64,000 nucleotides of DNA, taken from assembly GCA_963676565.1 (NCBI GenBank), contig OY781089.1:1376001-1440000 (forward strand), written 5' to 3'. This DNA is from Halarcobacter sp. GTDB taxonomy: Bacteria > Campylobacterota > Campylobacteria > Campylobacterales > Arcobacteraceae. Under the pieces are notes generated by a model, which did no database searches, was not told the DNA's origin, and saw nothing but the letters and a program-made list of their open reading frames with translations. This document shows, piece after piece, positions 18,810 through 29,871 of the stretch; positions within the stretch are counted from its first letter, which is position 1; every line of letters starts with the position of its first letter. Position numbers and translations under genes: made by a program.

Positions 18810-21800
18810 TTAAACTTGCTTGTCTTTTTTTAATTTATGCGAAATTGAATATATAACTGGCAGATAGATTAGATTTAAAATTGTTCCCCATAAAAGACCA
18901 AACCCAAGTCCAATAGCAATAGGTTGGAAAATTACCGCTTGACCTGTTGGGAAGAATATAAGTGAACTCATACCAATAAGTGTCGTAATTGTTGTAAGAA
19001 CAATTGGTCTAAACCTTTTTGTTGCTCTAACAAAAACATCGTGCAGATTTTTTGCTTTTTTAAGATAGGTCATCATAATAATACCATCATTTATAACAAC
19101 ACCAGCAAGTCCTAGTGCTCCAATCATTGATGGCATAGATAGATTAAGACCCATGATTTTATGACCTATTAACACCCCAAGAAGTGAAAATGGAATAACA
19201 CTCATTAAGATAAATGTTTCCCTAAATGAATTAAATAAATACAGCATAGAAAGCATAATTAGTGTTAATGCTAAAGCTGTTGCTAGCAACATGTCATGTC
19301 TTAATGACTTTTGCTTTTCAGCTTCCCCTTTTAGGATAATTTTTACATCATTTTCTCTTATTTTATTTAGTAAAGGTTCAATTTTTTCTAAGGCTTCACC
19401 TGCTGTTAATATTTCTGGGTCAACATTAGCAAAGATATAGAAATTTTTCTCACCATTATCTTTTATAAGTTGCTCAAAACCTCTAATTACATTAAAGTCA
19501 ACAACTTGATTTAATGAAATAAATGTTCCATCACTAAGTGGAACACTTAAGTTTTTAAAGTTTTCAAAATCATCTTTATTGATACTTTCTATTTTAATAT
19601 CAAGCATATCTGTTGCATCAAAGGTTGTTCCTTTTTTCTTTGAAAGATACATATTTGATAGGTATGAACCTATAAAGGCTTCATCAATACCTAACTGTTC
19701 ACCATAGGCATTTACTTTTAGTTTAATCTCATCAACACCAAATTTTAAAGAGTTTGATACTGTTTTAATCCCTTTCATATTTGAAAGTTCTTTTTGAAGC
19801 ATCTCAATACCACCAATAATCTTTTTATTGTCATTTGATACAAGTCCAATTTTAAGGTCTGATTTTACTGGTCCAACTCTTCTTTCAAGTACTATTATCT
19901 CTTCAAGGTTAAATTTTTCTTTATAGTTTTTTTTCTCAATAAAATTTTTTAATTTTTTTGCAATTTGCCTAGATTTTTCTGTTCTTGTTCTTCCTTCATC
20001 ATCATAATAAAATGATAAATAAGGTGTTACATATTTATCTAAGAAGTTTGCTTCTTTTAGTTTTTGAAGTTCAACAGTCATATACATAACATATGGATAT
20101 CTTTCTGTATTTCCACCATTGTCCCTTCTAAATCCAGCAACAGAATCAATACTTCTTACAAAAAACTTATCACCTTTTTCCATAATGTCAGATTCAATTG
20201 ATTGAACAATTTTAAAGGCATCTTCTAATCTTGTATTCTCATTTGCTTTAATTGAGATTTTTACATCCGTTCCATCAAATTTTGGGAACATTTGGAACTT
20301 TGAAGTTTTCATGGCAAAAAAAGTTGCTATTGGCACTCCAATTATAAATATAATTAAGAAAGTCTTTTTCCAATCCATAAAGAAATGTAATATAGTATTA
20401 TAGATTTTATTTGCTTTTTCCCACGAAGTTACTTTTGCGCCATTTTTAAGTGTATGTGCTGCATGAATTGGTAAGAATACAAATGATTCTAGTAAAGAGG
20501 CAACAACAAGAGCCGAAAGGGCAATAGGAATAAGTTTCATAACCTCTCCCATGGTCCCACTAATCATTAAAATTGGTAGAAATGAAAAAAGTGTTGTAAT
20601 TGAAGCAATAGTTACAGGTTTAAACATCTCTTTTGCACCCATAATAGCAGCTTCTTTTGGGGGATATCCCTCTTCAATGTGTTGTTGAATATTCTCACTT
20701 ACAACAATAGCATCATCAACAACGATACCAATTGCAATTAAAACTCCAACTAGTGAAATCATATTTATAGTATAGCCACTTAGATACATATATACTGCTG
20801 CAATTACAAATGAAGTTGGTATCCCAATTGCTATAATAAATGACATTCTAAAGTTAATTAAAATCATTACTAAAATAGTAATAAGAATAATTCCAAGCAT
20901 GATATTTGATACAACAATATTAAGTCTATCAAGGATTCTTTCAGAATTATCATCTGCAATTGAGATTTTAATATCTGGATTTTTTTTATTCATCTCAGGA
21001 AGGACTTTTTTAATATTTTGAACTATTTTAATAGCATCTGCACTATTACTTTGTTCAATTGCTAATGAAAGAGCATTTTGACCATTGAACGAATACATCG
21101 TTGAAGAGTCTTCATACTTTTTTGAAATAAATGCTATATCACTTAAATATAGATTTTGATCGTTGATTCTAATTTGAGTATTTGCAAAATCTTGAGCAGT
21201 TTTAGCTCCATTGAATGTAGAGATATAATAGTGTTTATTTCCCCCTTCAATTTTACCTACAGGGAAAATATACGAGAGGGTTGAAATTGCAGAAAATACA
21301 CTGTTTTTATTTAGATTTAAAGCCTCAATTTTTCTATCATCTAATAAAATCTCAAAATACTTATCTGAATCCCCATAAATAGTAATATCATTAATTCCCC
21401 CAAGACCAAGAAGTCTACTTTTTAGATTGTCCGCAAAAGGTTTTAACTCATCCGTTGTATATTTTTCTGATGTAAGAGTGATATCAATAAGTGATCTTGA
21501 ACGCTCTAAAACATTAACTGTTGGCTCATCCATGTCAGATGGTAAATTCGATTTAACATTTGCAATTGCATCTTTGATTTTATCTGCTTCATTAAATCTA
21601 TTTTTACCTTTTTTTAATTCTAGTACAATAGAAAAGCTTCCTGGGCTAATTACTGTAGTCATAACATCAACACTATCAATATTTTTTAAATTATCTTCTA
21701 TTTCAGCTACAGCCATTTTATCTAGAATATCAACTGATGCACCTGTATATGAACCTCTTACTGAAATCATATCCAAATCAAAACTTGGAAAAATCTCTTT

Positions 21801-21905
21801 TGGTGTATTATTGTATGACCAAATCCCAATGGCAAAAACTAACACAAAAAGTGTGTAGTTCATTCTTGAGTTCTCAACAAAAAACTTTATAAATTTTTCA
21901 AACAT
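18810..21905 (-). CDS. RND family efflux transporter permease (AcrB/AcrD/AcrF)
   Basis: 1031 aa, two large periplasmic loops, GIVVDDAIVVSENI and RFRPIVLTT motifs. Confidence 0.92.
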   Translation of the reverse strand: MFEKFIKFFVENSRMNYTLFVLVFAIGIWSYNNTPKEIFPSFDLDMISVRGSYTGASVDILDKMAVAEIEDNLKNIDSVDVMTTVISPGSFSIVLELKKGKNRFNEADKIKDAIANVKSNLPSDMDEPTVNVLERSRSLIDITLTSEKYTTDELKPFADNLKSRLLGLGGINDITIYGDSDKYFEILLDDRKIEALNLNKNSVFSAISTLSYIFPVGKIEGGNKHYYISTFNGAKTAQDFANTQIRINDQNLYLSDIAFISKKYEDSSTMYSFNGQNALSLAIEQSNSADAIKIVQNIKKVLPEMNKKNPDIKISIADDNSERILDRLNIVVSNIMLGIILITILVMILINFRMSFIIAIGIPTSFVIAAVYMYLSGYTINMISLVGVLIAIGIVVDDAIVVSENIQQHIEEGYPPKEAAIMGAKEMFKPVTIASITTLFSFLPILMISGTMGEVMKLIPIALSALVVASLLESFVFLPIHAAHTLKNGAKVTSWEKANKIYNTILHFFMDWKKTFLIIFIIGVPIATFFAMKTSKFQMFPKFDGTDVKISIKANENTRLEDAFKIVQSIESDIMEKGDKFFVRSIDSVAGFRRDNGGNTERYPYVMYMTVELQKLKEANFLDKYVTPYLSFYYDDEGRTRTEKSRQIAKKLKNFIEKKNYKEKFNLEEIIVLERRVGPVKSDLKIGLVSNDNKKIIGGIEMLQKELSNMKGIKTVSNSLKFGVDEIKLKVNAYGEQLGIDEAFIGSYLSNMYLSKKKGTTFDATDMLDIKIESINKDDFENFKNLSVPLSDGTFISLNQVVDFNVIRGFEQLIKDNGEKNFYIFANVDPEILTAGEALEKIEPLLNKIRENDVKIILKGEAEKQKSLRHDMLLATALALTLIMLSMLYLFNSFRETFILMSVIPFSLLGVLIGHKIMGLNLSMPSMIGALGLAGVVINDGIIMMTYLKKAKNLHDVFVRATKRFRPIVLTTITTLIGMSSLIFFPTGQAVIFQPIAIGLGFGLLWGTILNLIYLPVIYSISHKLKKDKQV

Positions 21906-22011
21906 ATATTTCCTTAATAAAAAAAGAATTATATTATACCTTCATTAATGAAAGTTTAATCCTAGTAATTTTAAAAAATTTGCTATAATAAATAATCAAA
22001 TAGGATGCTAA

Positions 22012-23271
22012 ATGGAAAACTTAAAAGAATTAAAAGAGATTTGTAAAGATTTTAAGGTGATGTATGTGGAAGATGATGAATCAATCGCTTCTACATTAGT
22101 TAATTATTTATCAAAATTTTTTAAAGAAGTTATTTATCTAAAAAATGGAAATGATGCTTTAGAGTTTTATCAAGATAATAAAGACTTTGATATTGTAATT
22201 AGTGATATAAAAATGCCTGGAATTGATGGTCTAGAGTTAACAGAAGAGATTAAAAAAATCAATCCAAATCAAAATGTTATTATTGTTTCCGCTTATTCAG
22301 AAATGGATAATTTTTTAAAATCTATAAAACTTGGTGTTGATGGTTTTATTACAAAACCTGTGGACTATGCAAATTTAAATAAAACACTTTTTAAAACAGC
22401 CGAAAAACTAAAAGCATTTAGAGATAATAAGATATTTGAAGAAAGATTAAAAGTAGAAAATAATAAGTTAAAGCAATTTTCTGAAGTTTTTGATAAGGTT
22501 GCAATTGTTTCTAAAACTAATACAAACAAAGAGATAATTTATGTAAATGATTTTTTCTGCGAAATTTCAGGGTATTCAAAAGAGGAACTTTTAGGAAAAG
22601 AACATGAAATTGTAAGACATCCTGATATGCCAAAATCTGTTTTTACTAAAATGTGGGAAGAGCTTGAAAAAGGTAACACTTGGGAAGGTACTATAAAAAA
22701 TAAAGCAAAAGATGATACTCCTTATTTTTTACATTATGTAACTATTCCTTTAAAAGGTGTTGATGAAAAAATCTATGAATATATAGGAATAGGTTTTTTG
22801 ACAACTCAAGAGGAGATTGAAAAAAGGGAATTCAAGAAAAAAGTTATGACAAACTACCTTGAGTTTAAAAAAACAAATCTAAATGCAATTGAAAGAATCT
22901 CTTCTTTAGAAAAAGAGTTGGAAATTGTAAAATCAAAGAATGAATCTTTAGTACTTTCAACTTCAAACGCTGAAAAAAGATTAAAAAAAGCAAATAGTGA
23001 AGTAGACTTTTTGGAAACAAAATTAAAAGAAAAAGATGGTCATTACAAAAGAATTCTTGAGATGCAGAAATCTAATTTAGTAAATATTACAAATGCTCAT
23101 CAAAAAGCTTTGGCATTAAATGAAAAATATGAAAATGAGATTAGAAAAATCAATGAAATTGTAGAAGTTAAAACCCAAGAGATACTAAATTTAAATGGAA
23201 AATTAAATGAACAATCTAGTGTGGTACATGATTTAAGGGATACTATTAAAAATATCAATCCTTCAAATTAG
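22012..23271 (+). CDS. Response regulator: receiver, PAS and coiled-coil
   Basis: VEDD, DIKMPGIDG, FITKP; PAS segment YVNDFFCEISGYSKEEL..RHPDMP. Confidence 0.85.
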   Translation: MENLKELKEICKDFKVMYVEDDESIASTLVNYLSKFFKEVIYLKNGNDALEFYQDNKDFDIVISDIKMPGIDGLELTEEIKKINPNQNVIIVSAYSEMDNFLKSIKLGVDGFITKPVDYANLNKTLFKTAEKLKAFRDNKIFEERLKVENNKLKQFSEVFDKVAIVSKTNTNKEIIYVNDFFCEISGYSKEELLGKEHEIVRHPDMPKSVFTKMWEELEKGNTWEGTIKNKAKDDTPYFLHYVTIPLKGVDEKIYEYIGIGFLTTQEEIEKREFKKKVMTNYLEFKKTNLNAIERISSLEKELEIVKSKNESLVLSTSNAEKRLKKANSEVDFLETKLKEKDGHYKRILEMQKSNLVNITNAHQKALALNEKYENEIRKINEIVEVKTQEILNLNGKLNEQSSVVHDLRDTIKNINPSN

Positions 23272-25527
23272 GTTCTTTTTTATAGTTATAATAAATTGTG
23301 CGCCATCTTTTTCATTTGTAACATTCAATGTTCCTTTTAGATTTTTTTCAATAATCATTTTTGACATATACAAACCAAGGCCTGTTCCATTCATCTCTTT
23401 TTTTGTTGTAAAGTAGGCCTTGAAGATTTTATCTAGGTTTTCTTCTTTTATTCCACCTGCATTGTCTTTTACGATTATTTGAATATTCTCTTCTTCCTCT
23501 TTAAAGGTAAGTTCTATTATTTTATTATTGTTTTTATGTTCAAGAAGGGCTTCTTTTGCATTTTTAACAAGATTAAGTAAAACCTGTAACAGTTCTCTTT
23601 TGTGAGTACTAATACTTAGGCTTGGTTCATATTCAACTTTATAAATTATGTTATTGTTTTTTATTGAAGCTAGTAAAATAGAATCTAATTCATTTATTAG
23701 TTCACTAATTTTAAACTCTTCAATCTCTTTTTCTTCTCTAAAAAAGTTTCTAAAATCATCTATTGTTTTTGACAAAAATTGAGTTTGTTCACCAATATTG
23801 TGTGCAATCTCTTTGATAATATTTTCATCAAATTCATTTAACTCAATATCTGCAATAATATTATTTGCATTCATTGATATAGTTGTAATTGGTTGTCTCC
23901 ACTGGTGTGCAATCATACTAATCATTTCACCCATTGCTGCATTTTTTGATTGAGCTAACATCATTTGTTCTTTTTCTTTTAACTTTTTTTCTAAGAAAAC
24001 CTCTTTTGTAATCTCCCTCATAATTCCTAAAAAGTTTACAATTTCACCTTTAGTATTTATAATTGGAAGAACAGTTATTGTGACCCAGAAATCTTTATTA
24101 TCTTTTGTTTTGTTTTTGAATATTCCACCCCAAGTTTTTTTGTTAGTAATTCTATCCCACATATTTTTTATTTTAAGTTCCGTTTCTTTACTAAAATCGC
24201 CTCTAAGTATACTTGGATTTTTCCCTATTAACTCTTCTTTTGAATAAGCACTTAATTGACAGATATATGGATTAACATAAGTCATTTTCCCATCTATATC
24301 AGTAATAATAATTGAAACTGGAGCACTTTCAATTATAAATTTAAATTCTAATAATTCTTTTTTTGTATTTTTTAAATCTATTTCTAAATTTTTTAATTCT
24401 GTAATATCAGAGTGAAAACCAACCATTCTTACAGCTTTCCCCTCATCATCATAATAGGTTTTCCCCCTATCAAGTATCCATACATAATAACCATTTTTAT
24501 GTTGCATTCTATGGATATTTTTATAATAAGTAGTTTTTTTATCTTGGTTGTTTTTTATATCATTTATTGCATCATCAATGTCATCAGGATGAACTCTTTT
24601 TTCCCATTCTTTAAGTTCATTTGCTAACTCATCATCTTCAAAGCCTAGCATTTTTTTCCAGTTTTTAGAGAAAAAAACTTTGTTGTTTACTAAATCCCAA
24701 TCCCACAAACCATCTCTACTTCCTTCTAATGCTCTGTCATATCTTAAAAGAACTTTTTCTTTATCTTTTTCTAGTTCTTTAATCTCTTTTAAGTTTTTAG
24801 TAATTTCTAAATTACTTTTACTTAGTTTATTAAATATTTTTATAAAAACTAAAATCAGTACAATTGTTAAAGAAGTGAAAAGTACAATTAAAATGTAACT
24901 TTTTTCTTCTATTTTATTAAAGGTTTTATAATACTCTTTTGTGGGGATAGAGATTCTAATCCCACCTCTTATATCTCCAATTTTATAGCCTTGATGAGCA
25001 TGGCATTGAAGACATGATTCTGTTACTTTTAAAGAACCCATAAAGTCAAATTTTGTGAAATCATCTTTTAGTTTTGAATAGAAAGGTTCCTTTTTGTTCT
25101 TTTCAAAATAGTTTAGTGCTTCTTTTTCAAAATCATCGGGAGCATTTATTGGATTTATTGGATTTAAACTTGTCAATTTAAAATAGTTTTGATGGTCTTT
25201 ATTTGCGATTTCTGAAATTTGTCTAGTCATCCAAGCAGGATTAATTTTAATAAGAATTTCTCCATCTTTTGTTTCTAAGGTATTATCTTTTAAGTATTTA
25301 TTAGGTTTTATAGATTCACTTTGTTTAACATAAACTCCACCATGTAAAGCATTCCATTTTCTTGTATCTGTGATACTATTGTAATTTGAAACTGCTTCAT
25401 TTATAATCATTTTTTTTAAAAAGGTTTCATTGTTTTTTGTGTTATCAATTATTGTGTAAATTACAAATATTGAAAATATCATTAACATAAAAATTAAAAG
25501 ATTACGAATGTTTTCTATTCTTTTCAT
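23263..25527 (-). CDS. Sensor histidine kinase with periplasmic c-type heme (DUF3365-like) domain and PAS domains
   Basis: INPAWMTRQ, KLTSLNPINP-NAPD, CLQCH; PAS domains; IAHQWRQP, DNAGG, GTGLGL. Confidence 0.88.
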   Translation of the reverse strand: MKRIENIRNLLIFMLMIFSIFVIYTIIDNTKNNETFLKKMIINEAVSNYNSITDTRKWNALHGGVYVKQSESIKPNKYLKDNTLETKDGEILIKINPAWMTRQISEIANKDHQNYFKLTSLNPINPINAPDDFEKEALNYFEKNKKEPFYSKLKDDFTKFDFMGSLKVTESCLQCHAHQGYKIGDIRGGIRISIPTKEYYKTFNKIEEKSYILIVLFTSLTIVLILVFIKIFNKLSKSNLEITKNLKEIKELEKDKEKVLLRYDRALEGSRDGLWDWDLVNNKVFFSKNWKKMLGFEDDELANELKEWEKRVHPDDIDDAINDIKNNQDKKTTYYKNIHRMQHKNGYYVWILDRGKTYYDDEGKAVRMVGFHSDITELKNLEIDLKNTKKELLEFKFIIESAPVSIIITDIDGKMTYVNPYICQLSAYSKEELIGKNPSILRGDFSKETELKIKNMWDRITNKKTWGGIFKNKTKDNKDFWVTITVLPIINTKGEIVNFLGIMREITKEVFLEKKLKEKEQMMLAQSKNAAMGEMISMIAHQWRQPITTISMNANNIIADIELNEFDENIIKEIAHNIGEQTQFLSKTIDDFRNFFREEKEIEEFKISELINELDSILLASIKNNNIIYKVEYEPSLSISTHKRELLQVLLNLVKNAKEALLEHKNNNKIIELTFKEEEENIQIIVKDNAGGIKEENLDKIFKAYFTTKKEMNGTGLGLYMSKMIIEKNLKGTLNVTNEKDGAQFIITIKKNLI

Positions 25528-25562
25528 GAAACTACTTTTTAAAAACTTCTAAATGGAAGAGT

Positions 25563-27788
25563 TTAACTCTTACATTTACTTGATGCAAAAAGTTTAACTT
25601 TTTTTAAAATAGCTAAATCTTTTTCACTTTTTATATTCTCTGCGAAAATTTGAATATTTAATAGATTTGCTAAATCACAAATTGAATCTAAGAACTCTTG
25701 TTTAGATCTTTCTTTTTCAATATCTGTTGTATAATCCCTAGCAAGTCTAATATAATCAACATTGAACTCTTTTAAGTTTTCTGTTGGTATAAATTTACTT
25801 TCAAATCTTTTTATAATAACTTTAGCTCCACAATCATGGATTGAATCACAGAAGTTTTTAAATATATCCATATCTTTTGCAACAGAATATGCTGTTAATG
25901 AGAACACAAGTTGAGATGCAAGTTCTTTATTTCTTGATATTCTATTTTGAAGCCATTTTACAAAATCTTTTTTACCAATTGAATCAATTGATAGATTTAT
26001 GCAAATCTTGTGATTTATATTGTTTAAAATCATATATGTAATAACTTTTTCAATAACTGCTTTATCAAAACTTTCAATCATCTCATATTTTTCAGCGATT
26101 GAAACAAAAGTACCAATTGGTATTTGATTATTCTCTTTATCTTTTGCCTTTGTAAATGCCTCTTGCATAACAATTTCATTAGAATCATCTTCTACTTTAT
26201 AAGCATCATTGATAAAGTCAACATCAAAATCGCTATCAGTAATAATTTGCTTGATTAGTTCTCTCCAAAGATTCATATCCCTTGAATGCTCATTTTTTGC
26301 ACCAATAAAGAATTCATTTGGTCCAATAATTTTTGCTTTTTCATAGGCTTCATTTGCTCCTTGTAAAAGTTCATCGATTGAAGCTAATTCATTAAATGGT
26401 GCTGCTCCAATATGAGCAACCTCAGTTAATGTTAATTCGTCACCTAATGCATTAAAGGCAAGTTTTAATCTTGCACAAATACCTAATGCACAATCTTTAT
26501 CACAAGTTTTAGCCAAAAGTGCAAATTCAGAACCAAATACTCTATATGCATTAATATTTAAACTATTATCTGATCTAAGATTTTTTAATATATTTGAAAA
26601 TCTAATTAAATATGAATCAACCTCTTCTTTTGTATGAGTCTTAGCGTATGCTGCAAGATTGTCAATCTTTATATTAAAGATAAAGCCATCCTCTTTTTTT
26701 ATAAACATTTGTTTAAGATCAGTTTCCAAAGTTTGTTTTAAATCTAATCCTGTTAAGTCATCTTCTGATAATTTTTTTGATAAAACATTTATATTGTTTG
26801 TAAGTTTATTAATCATTGATTCAATTTTTCTTGACATATCATTCATTGCAATGGATACATTTTTAATCTCTATTGTCCAAGGTAAAGGGTCTATTACACC
26901 AAACTTTGCTTGAGCAATATTTTTAGCTAAGGCTTCAATCTTTTTAAGAGGTCTTAATAAGAATTGAACAAAAACTAAAAGAAAAATCATTGAGATTATA
27001 AAGGCAATAAAAGCATAAACAATTGAATTTTTTGCTTGCTCAAAAAGTTTTGCATAGGCTTCCCCTGGATTTGGACTTACATAAATTACTGCACTTGTAT
27101 TCCACCCATCAGAGATTTCACTTCTTTTTTCCTCTAAGTTAATTGGAATTAAATTTATAAACCAGCTAGGAACATATTCAAATTTAATATCTCTTTTTTC
27201 TTCAATTAAAACTTTTTTGATATTTAGTTTTGCTGTTGTAATAATTCTATCATTAGGTTTTTTAGCTTTGATATTAAAAATTATCTCTCCACCTTGTTTA
27301 TAAGCATTTGATGGAATAAATCTATACTCTTTACTTTTTACATCTTCAACAAAACCTAAGTCTTCAGTCTCCCCTTCAAGTTTTAAAAGTTGCTCATTTA
27401 AAGAACTATCATCACCAACTTTTTCAACACTACCAAATTTTGGATTAACACTTACAGATTCAATTTCCCAATTTGAATCATCTAATTGTTTAGCTGCACC
27501 AATTAGTTCACTTGATTTAATTGTAAAATCAGCATCTTCAAGTCTAATTTCATTATAAAAGCCACTATTTGAAATCACTTTAATTATAGATTCAATCTCT
27601 GGATCATTTTTATCTTTAATTAAAGGTCTTAAACTCATCCCTATGGATGTAGCTGTATCTTGAGCTTTTGTTGCGGATTCTACTTCAAGGTACTCTTTCA
27701 TATTTTTAACACTTATTAAAAAGTTTCCACTAAAAATAATGAAAAAGATAATAGCGATAATTAAATATAGTTGTTTAGATAATGACAT
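25563..27788 (-). CDS. lapD: LapD-like c-di-GMP receptor (periplasmic LapD/MoxY, HAMP, degenerate GGDEF-EAL)
   Basis: MSLSKQL N-terminus, AQDTATSIGMSL, VPSWF; GGDEF site reads FGSEF and EAL site reads EAF; directly after lapG. Confidence 0.8.
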   Translation of the reverse strand: MSLSKQLYLIIAIIFFIIFSGNFLISVKNMKEYLEVESATKAQDTATSIGMSLRPLIKDKNDPEIESIIKVISNSGFYNEIRLEDADFTIKSSELIGAAKQLDDSNWEIESVSVNPKFGSVEKVGDDSSLNEQLLKLEGETEDLGFVEDVKSKEYRFIPSNAYKQGGEIIFNIKAKKPNDRIITTAKLNIKKVLIEEKRDIKFEYVPSWFINLIPINLEEKRSEISDGWNTSAVIYVSPNPGEAYAKLFEQAKNSIVYAFIAFIISMIFLLVFVQFLLRPLKKIEALAKNIAQAKFGVIDPLPWTIEIKNVSIAMNDMSRKIESMINKLTNNINVLSKKLSEDDLTGLDLKQTLETDLKQMFIKKEDGFIFNIKIDNLAAYAKTHTKEEVDSYLIRFSNILKNLRSDNSLNINAYRVFGSEFALLAKTCDKDCALGICARLKLAFNALGDELTLTEVAHIGAAPFNELASIDELLQGANEAYEKAKIIGPNEFFIGAKNEHSRDMNLWRELIKQIITDSDFDVDFINDAYKVEDDSNEIVMQEAFTKAKDKENNQIPIGTFVSIAEKYEMIESFDKAVIEKVITYMILNNINHKICINLSIDSIGKKDFVKWLQNRISRNKELASQLVFSLTAYSVAKDMDIFKNFCDSIHDCGAKVIIKRFESKFIPTENLKEFNVDYIRLARDYTTDIEKERSKQEFLDSICDLANLLNIQIFAENIKSEKDLAILKKVKLFASSKCKS

Positions 27789-27800
27789 GACTTTCCTTTT

Positions 27801-28448
27801 TTATATTCTACTTAACATGGATTTCCAATTTCTTAGATTATTTGAACCCACTCTAACTGAAGTTTTACCTCTGTTTTTTGCTTGCCAAAGTCCCGTTGCA
27901 TTGAAACTGTAAATTGGTCTTAAATCTGGCCTTTTACTAGCTAATTTCAGTGTTTTATTTACATTATCAAGTACAATAGGAGTAGCTCCAGGTTTATGGT
28001 AATAAGTTAATACCATATGAGCTTCTTCATATTTTGTTCTTGATCGTTTTAATTTTACATAAGTTATCCTAAGTTTGCTATCTGGAACTCCTAATTTTTT
28101 CAAACTATAATATTTTGCAATAGCATAATCCTCACAATCTCCTGCTCCTGTACCTAAGAATTCAAAAGGTGTTGCCCAGTAATCATTTTGTTTCCAATGA
28201 ACAATATCTCTTTTATATCTTAATTTATTCCAGAAATCATTTACATCTTTTAACTTATGTAAAATATCTTTTGATTTAGCATTTTGGATTACATTATCCC
28301 AGATTTCAACTCTTTTTAGAGCTTTTTCTCCGTATTTAGCAGTGATTTTGGATAATTGATCTTGAGTGATATTATAGGTTTTTTGTGCAGAACTTGTTGT
28401 TAAAAAAGAAGAGAAAAGAAAAAAAGATAAAAAAAATATTTTTTTCAT
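27801..28448 (-). CDS. lapG: LapG-like transglutaminase-family periplasmic cysteine protease
   Basis: DYWATP-EFL, GDCEDYAIAKY, AHMVLTYY, VLDN. Confidence 0.85.
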   Translation of the reverse strand: MKKIFFLSFFLFSSFLTTSSAQKTYNITQDQLSKITAKYGEKALKRVEIWDNVIQNAKSKDILHKLKDVNDFWNKLRYKRDIVHWKQNDYWATPFEFLGTGAGDCEDYAIAKYYSLKKLGVPDSKLRITYVKLKRSRTKYEEAHMVLTYYHKPGATPIVLDNVNKTLKLASKRPDLRPIYSFNATGLWQAKNRGKTSVRVGSNNLRNWKSMLSRI

Positions 28449-28471
28449 ATTCTCTCCTATGAGTTTATTTA

Positions 28472-29785
28472 TTATTTTAAGGTATTTAAAATTGAATCTT
28501 CCTGAAGTTTTTCACTATCATATTTTACAATAACTACATTTTCAGTTTTATTTATATACCACTCATCAATTCCTTCAACTGAATCTAACTTTGATGTGTT
28601 ACTTGATGTCGTGTCATCTAATGGGATATAAGATAGTTTTTTCTTAGCTGGATTTGGCATAGTTAAGATTAAAATTATCCATAAAACACAAATTACTGCA
28701 ATAACAATAACAAGTGATGATAATGTAACTTTTTCAAAAAATAAACCACCTAATAGTCCACCTAGGAAAGTTCCAAAATATCCAAAAGAGTTAAAAATAC
28801 CTAATACTAATCCTCTTTGGTGAACTTTAGCAAATTTTGAAGCAAGAGATTGCATAATTGGTTCATGCATGTTAAATCCAATAAAGAAAATAACAACACC
28901 TATAACAAAAATTGTTGCAGATGAACTTAATCCAATAATTAAATATGAAACAGCAAAGAAAACAATACCAATCATAAGAATCTCTTTAAATTTACCTTTT
29001 TTCTCAGCTAAAATAGCAGCAGGTGCCATAGCTAAAAATCCAAATATCATAGATGGAAGGTAAACTTTCCAAAGTTCAGACATTTCCCATTGGAAGTTTT
29101 TGATTAAAACCATTGGAATAATCATAAATGCAAATGTCATCAAACCTTTTTGTAAAAAGTTTGTTATATTCATTTTCATTAAGTTTGCATTTCCTAATAC
29201 TTCTGGAAGTTTTGACTTACCATTGTAAGAGTGTTCAATATGTGGTGGATTCGGTACTGCTTTTAATAATACTACAATTGAACCAAGTGCAATTACTGTA
29301 GTAATATAAAATAAACTTTCAACACCAGCAAATGAACTTATTGTTGGTCCTAAAATCATAGATGCAGCAAAACTAACACCAATAGCCATACCCATTACAG
29401 CCATAGCTTTTGGTCTTTGTTCCTCTTTTACTAAATCACTAATCATTGCTGTAACTACTGCTCCAATAGCTCCAGCACCTTGTAAAAACCTTCCTAACAT
29501 TAAAGTTAAGATATCAGTTGCAAGTGCACAAAAAATTGAACCAATTGCAAAAAGTAAAAGGCCTGTTATGATAGTACCTTTCCTTCCTAATTTATCACTC
29601 ATTATTCCAAATGGAACTTGAAAAATCATTTGTGTTAAGGCATAACCACCAACAACTACTCCTACAAGTGTTGTTGTTGCACCATGAAGATTTATTGCAT
29701 AAACTGAAAGAACAGGTAAAACTAAAAATAGACCAAAGAATCTTAGCGCAATAATTGAACTAAGAGGTAAAATAGATTTAATCAT
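28472..29785 (-). CDS. MFS transporter, YajR-like
   Basis: 12 TM helices; GIMSDKLGRK (MFS motif A); small soluble C-terminal domain. Confidence 0.85.
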   Translation of the reverse strand: MIKSILPLSSIIALRFFGLFLVLPVLSVYAINLHGATTTLVGVVVGGYALTQMIFQVPFGIMSDKLGRKGTIITGLLLFAIGSIFCALATDILTLMLGRFLQGAGAIGAVVTAMISDLVKEEQRPKAMAVMGMAIGVSFAASMILGPTISSFAGVESLFYITTVIALGSIVVLLKAVPNPPHIEHSYNGKSKLPEVLGNANLMKMNITNFLQKGLMTFAFMIIPMVLIKNFQWEMSELWKVYLPSMIFGFLAMAPAAILAEKKGKFKEILMIGIVFFAVSYLIIGLSSSATIFVIGVVIFFIGFNMHEPIMQSLASKFAKVHQRGLVLGIFNSFGYFGTFLGGLLGGLFFEKVTLSSLVIVIAVICVLWIILILTMPNPAKKKLSYIPLDDTTSSNTSKLDSVEGIDEWYINKTENVVIVKYDSEKLQEDSILNTLK

Positions 29786-29871
29786 ATATAATCCCAGGTA
29801 ATTTAAAATAGAGCAGATTATATTTGATTTAAGTTAAAATTACTGTTAAAGTCTGAAAGTAAAGGATATTT

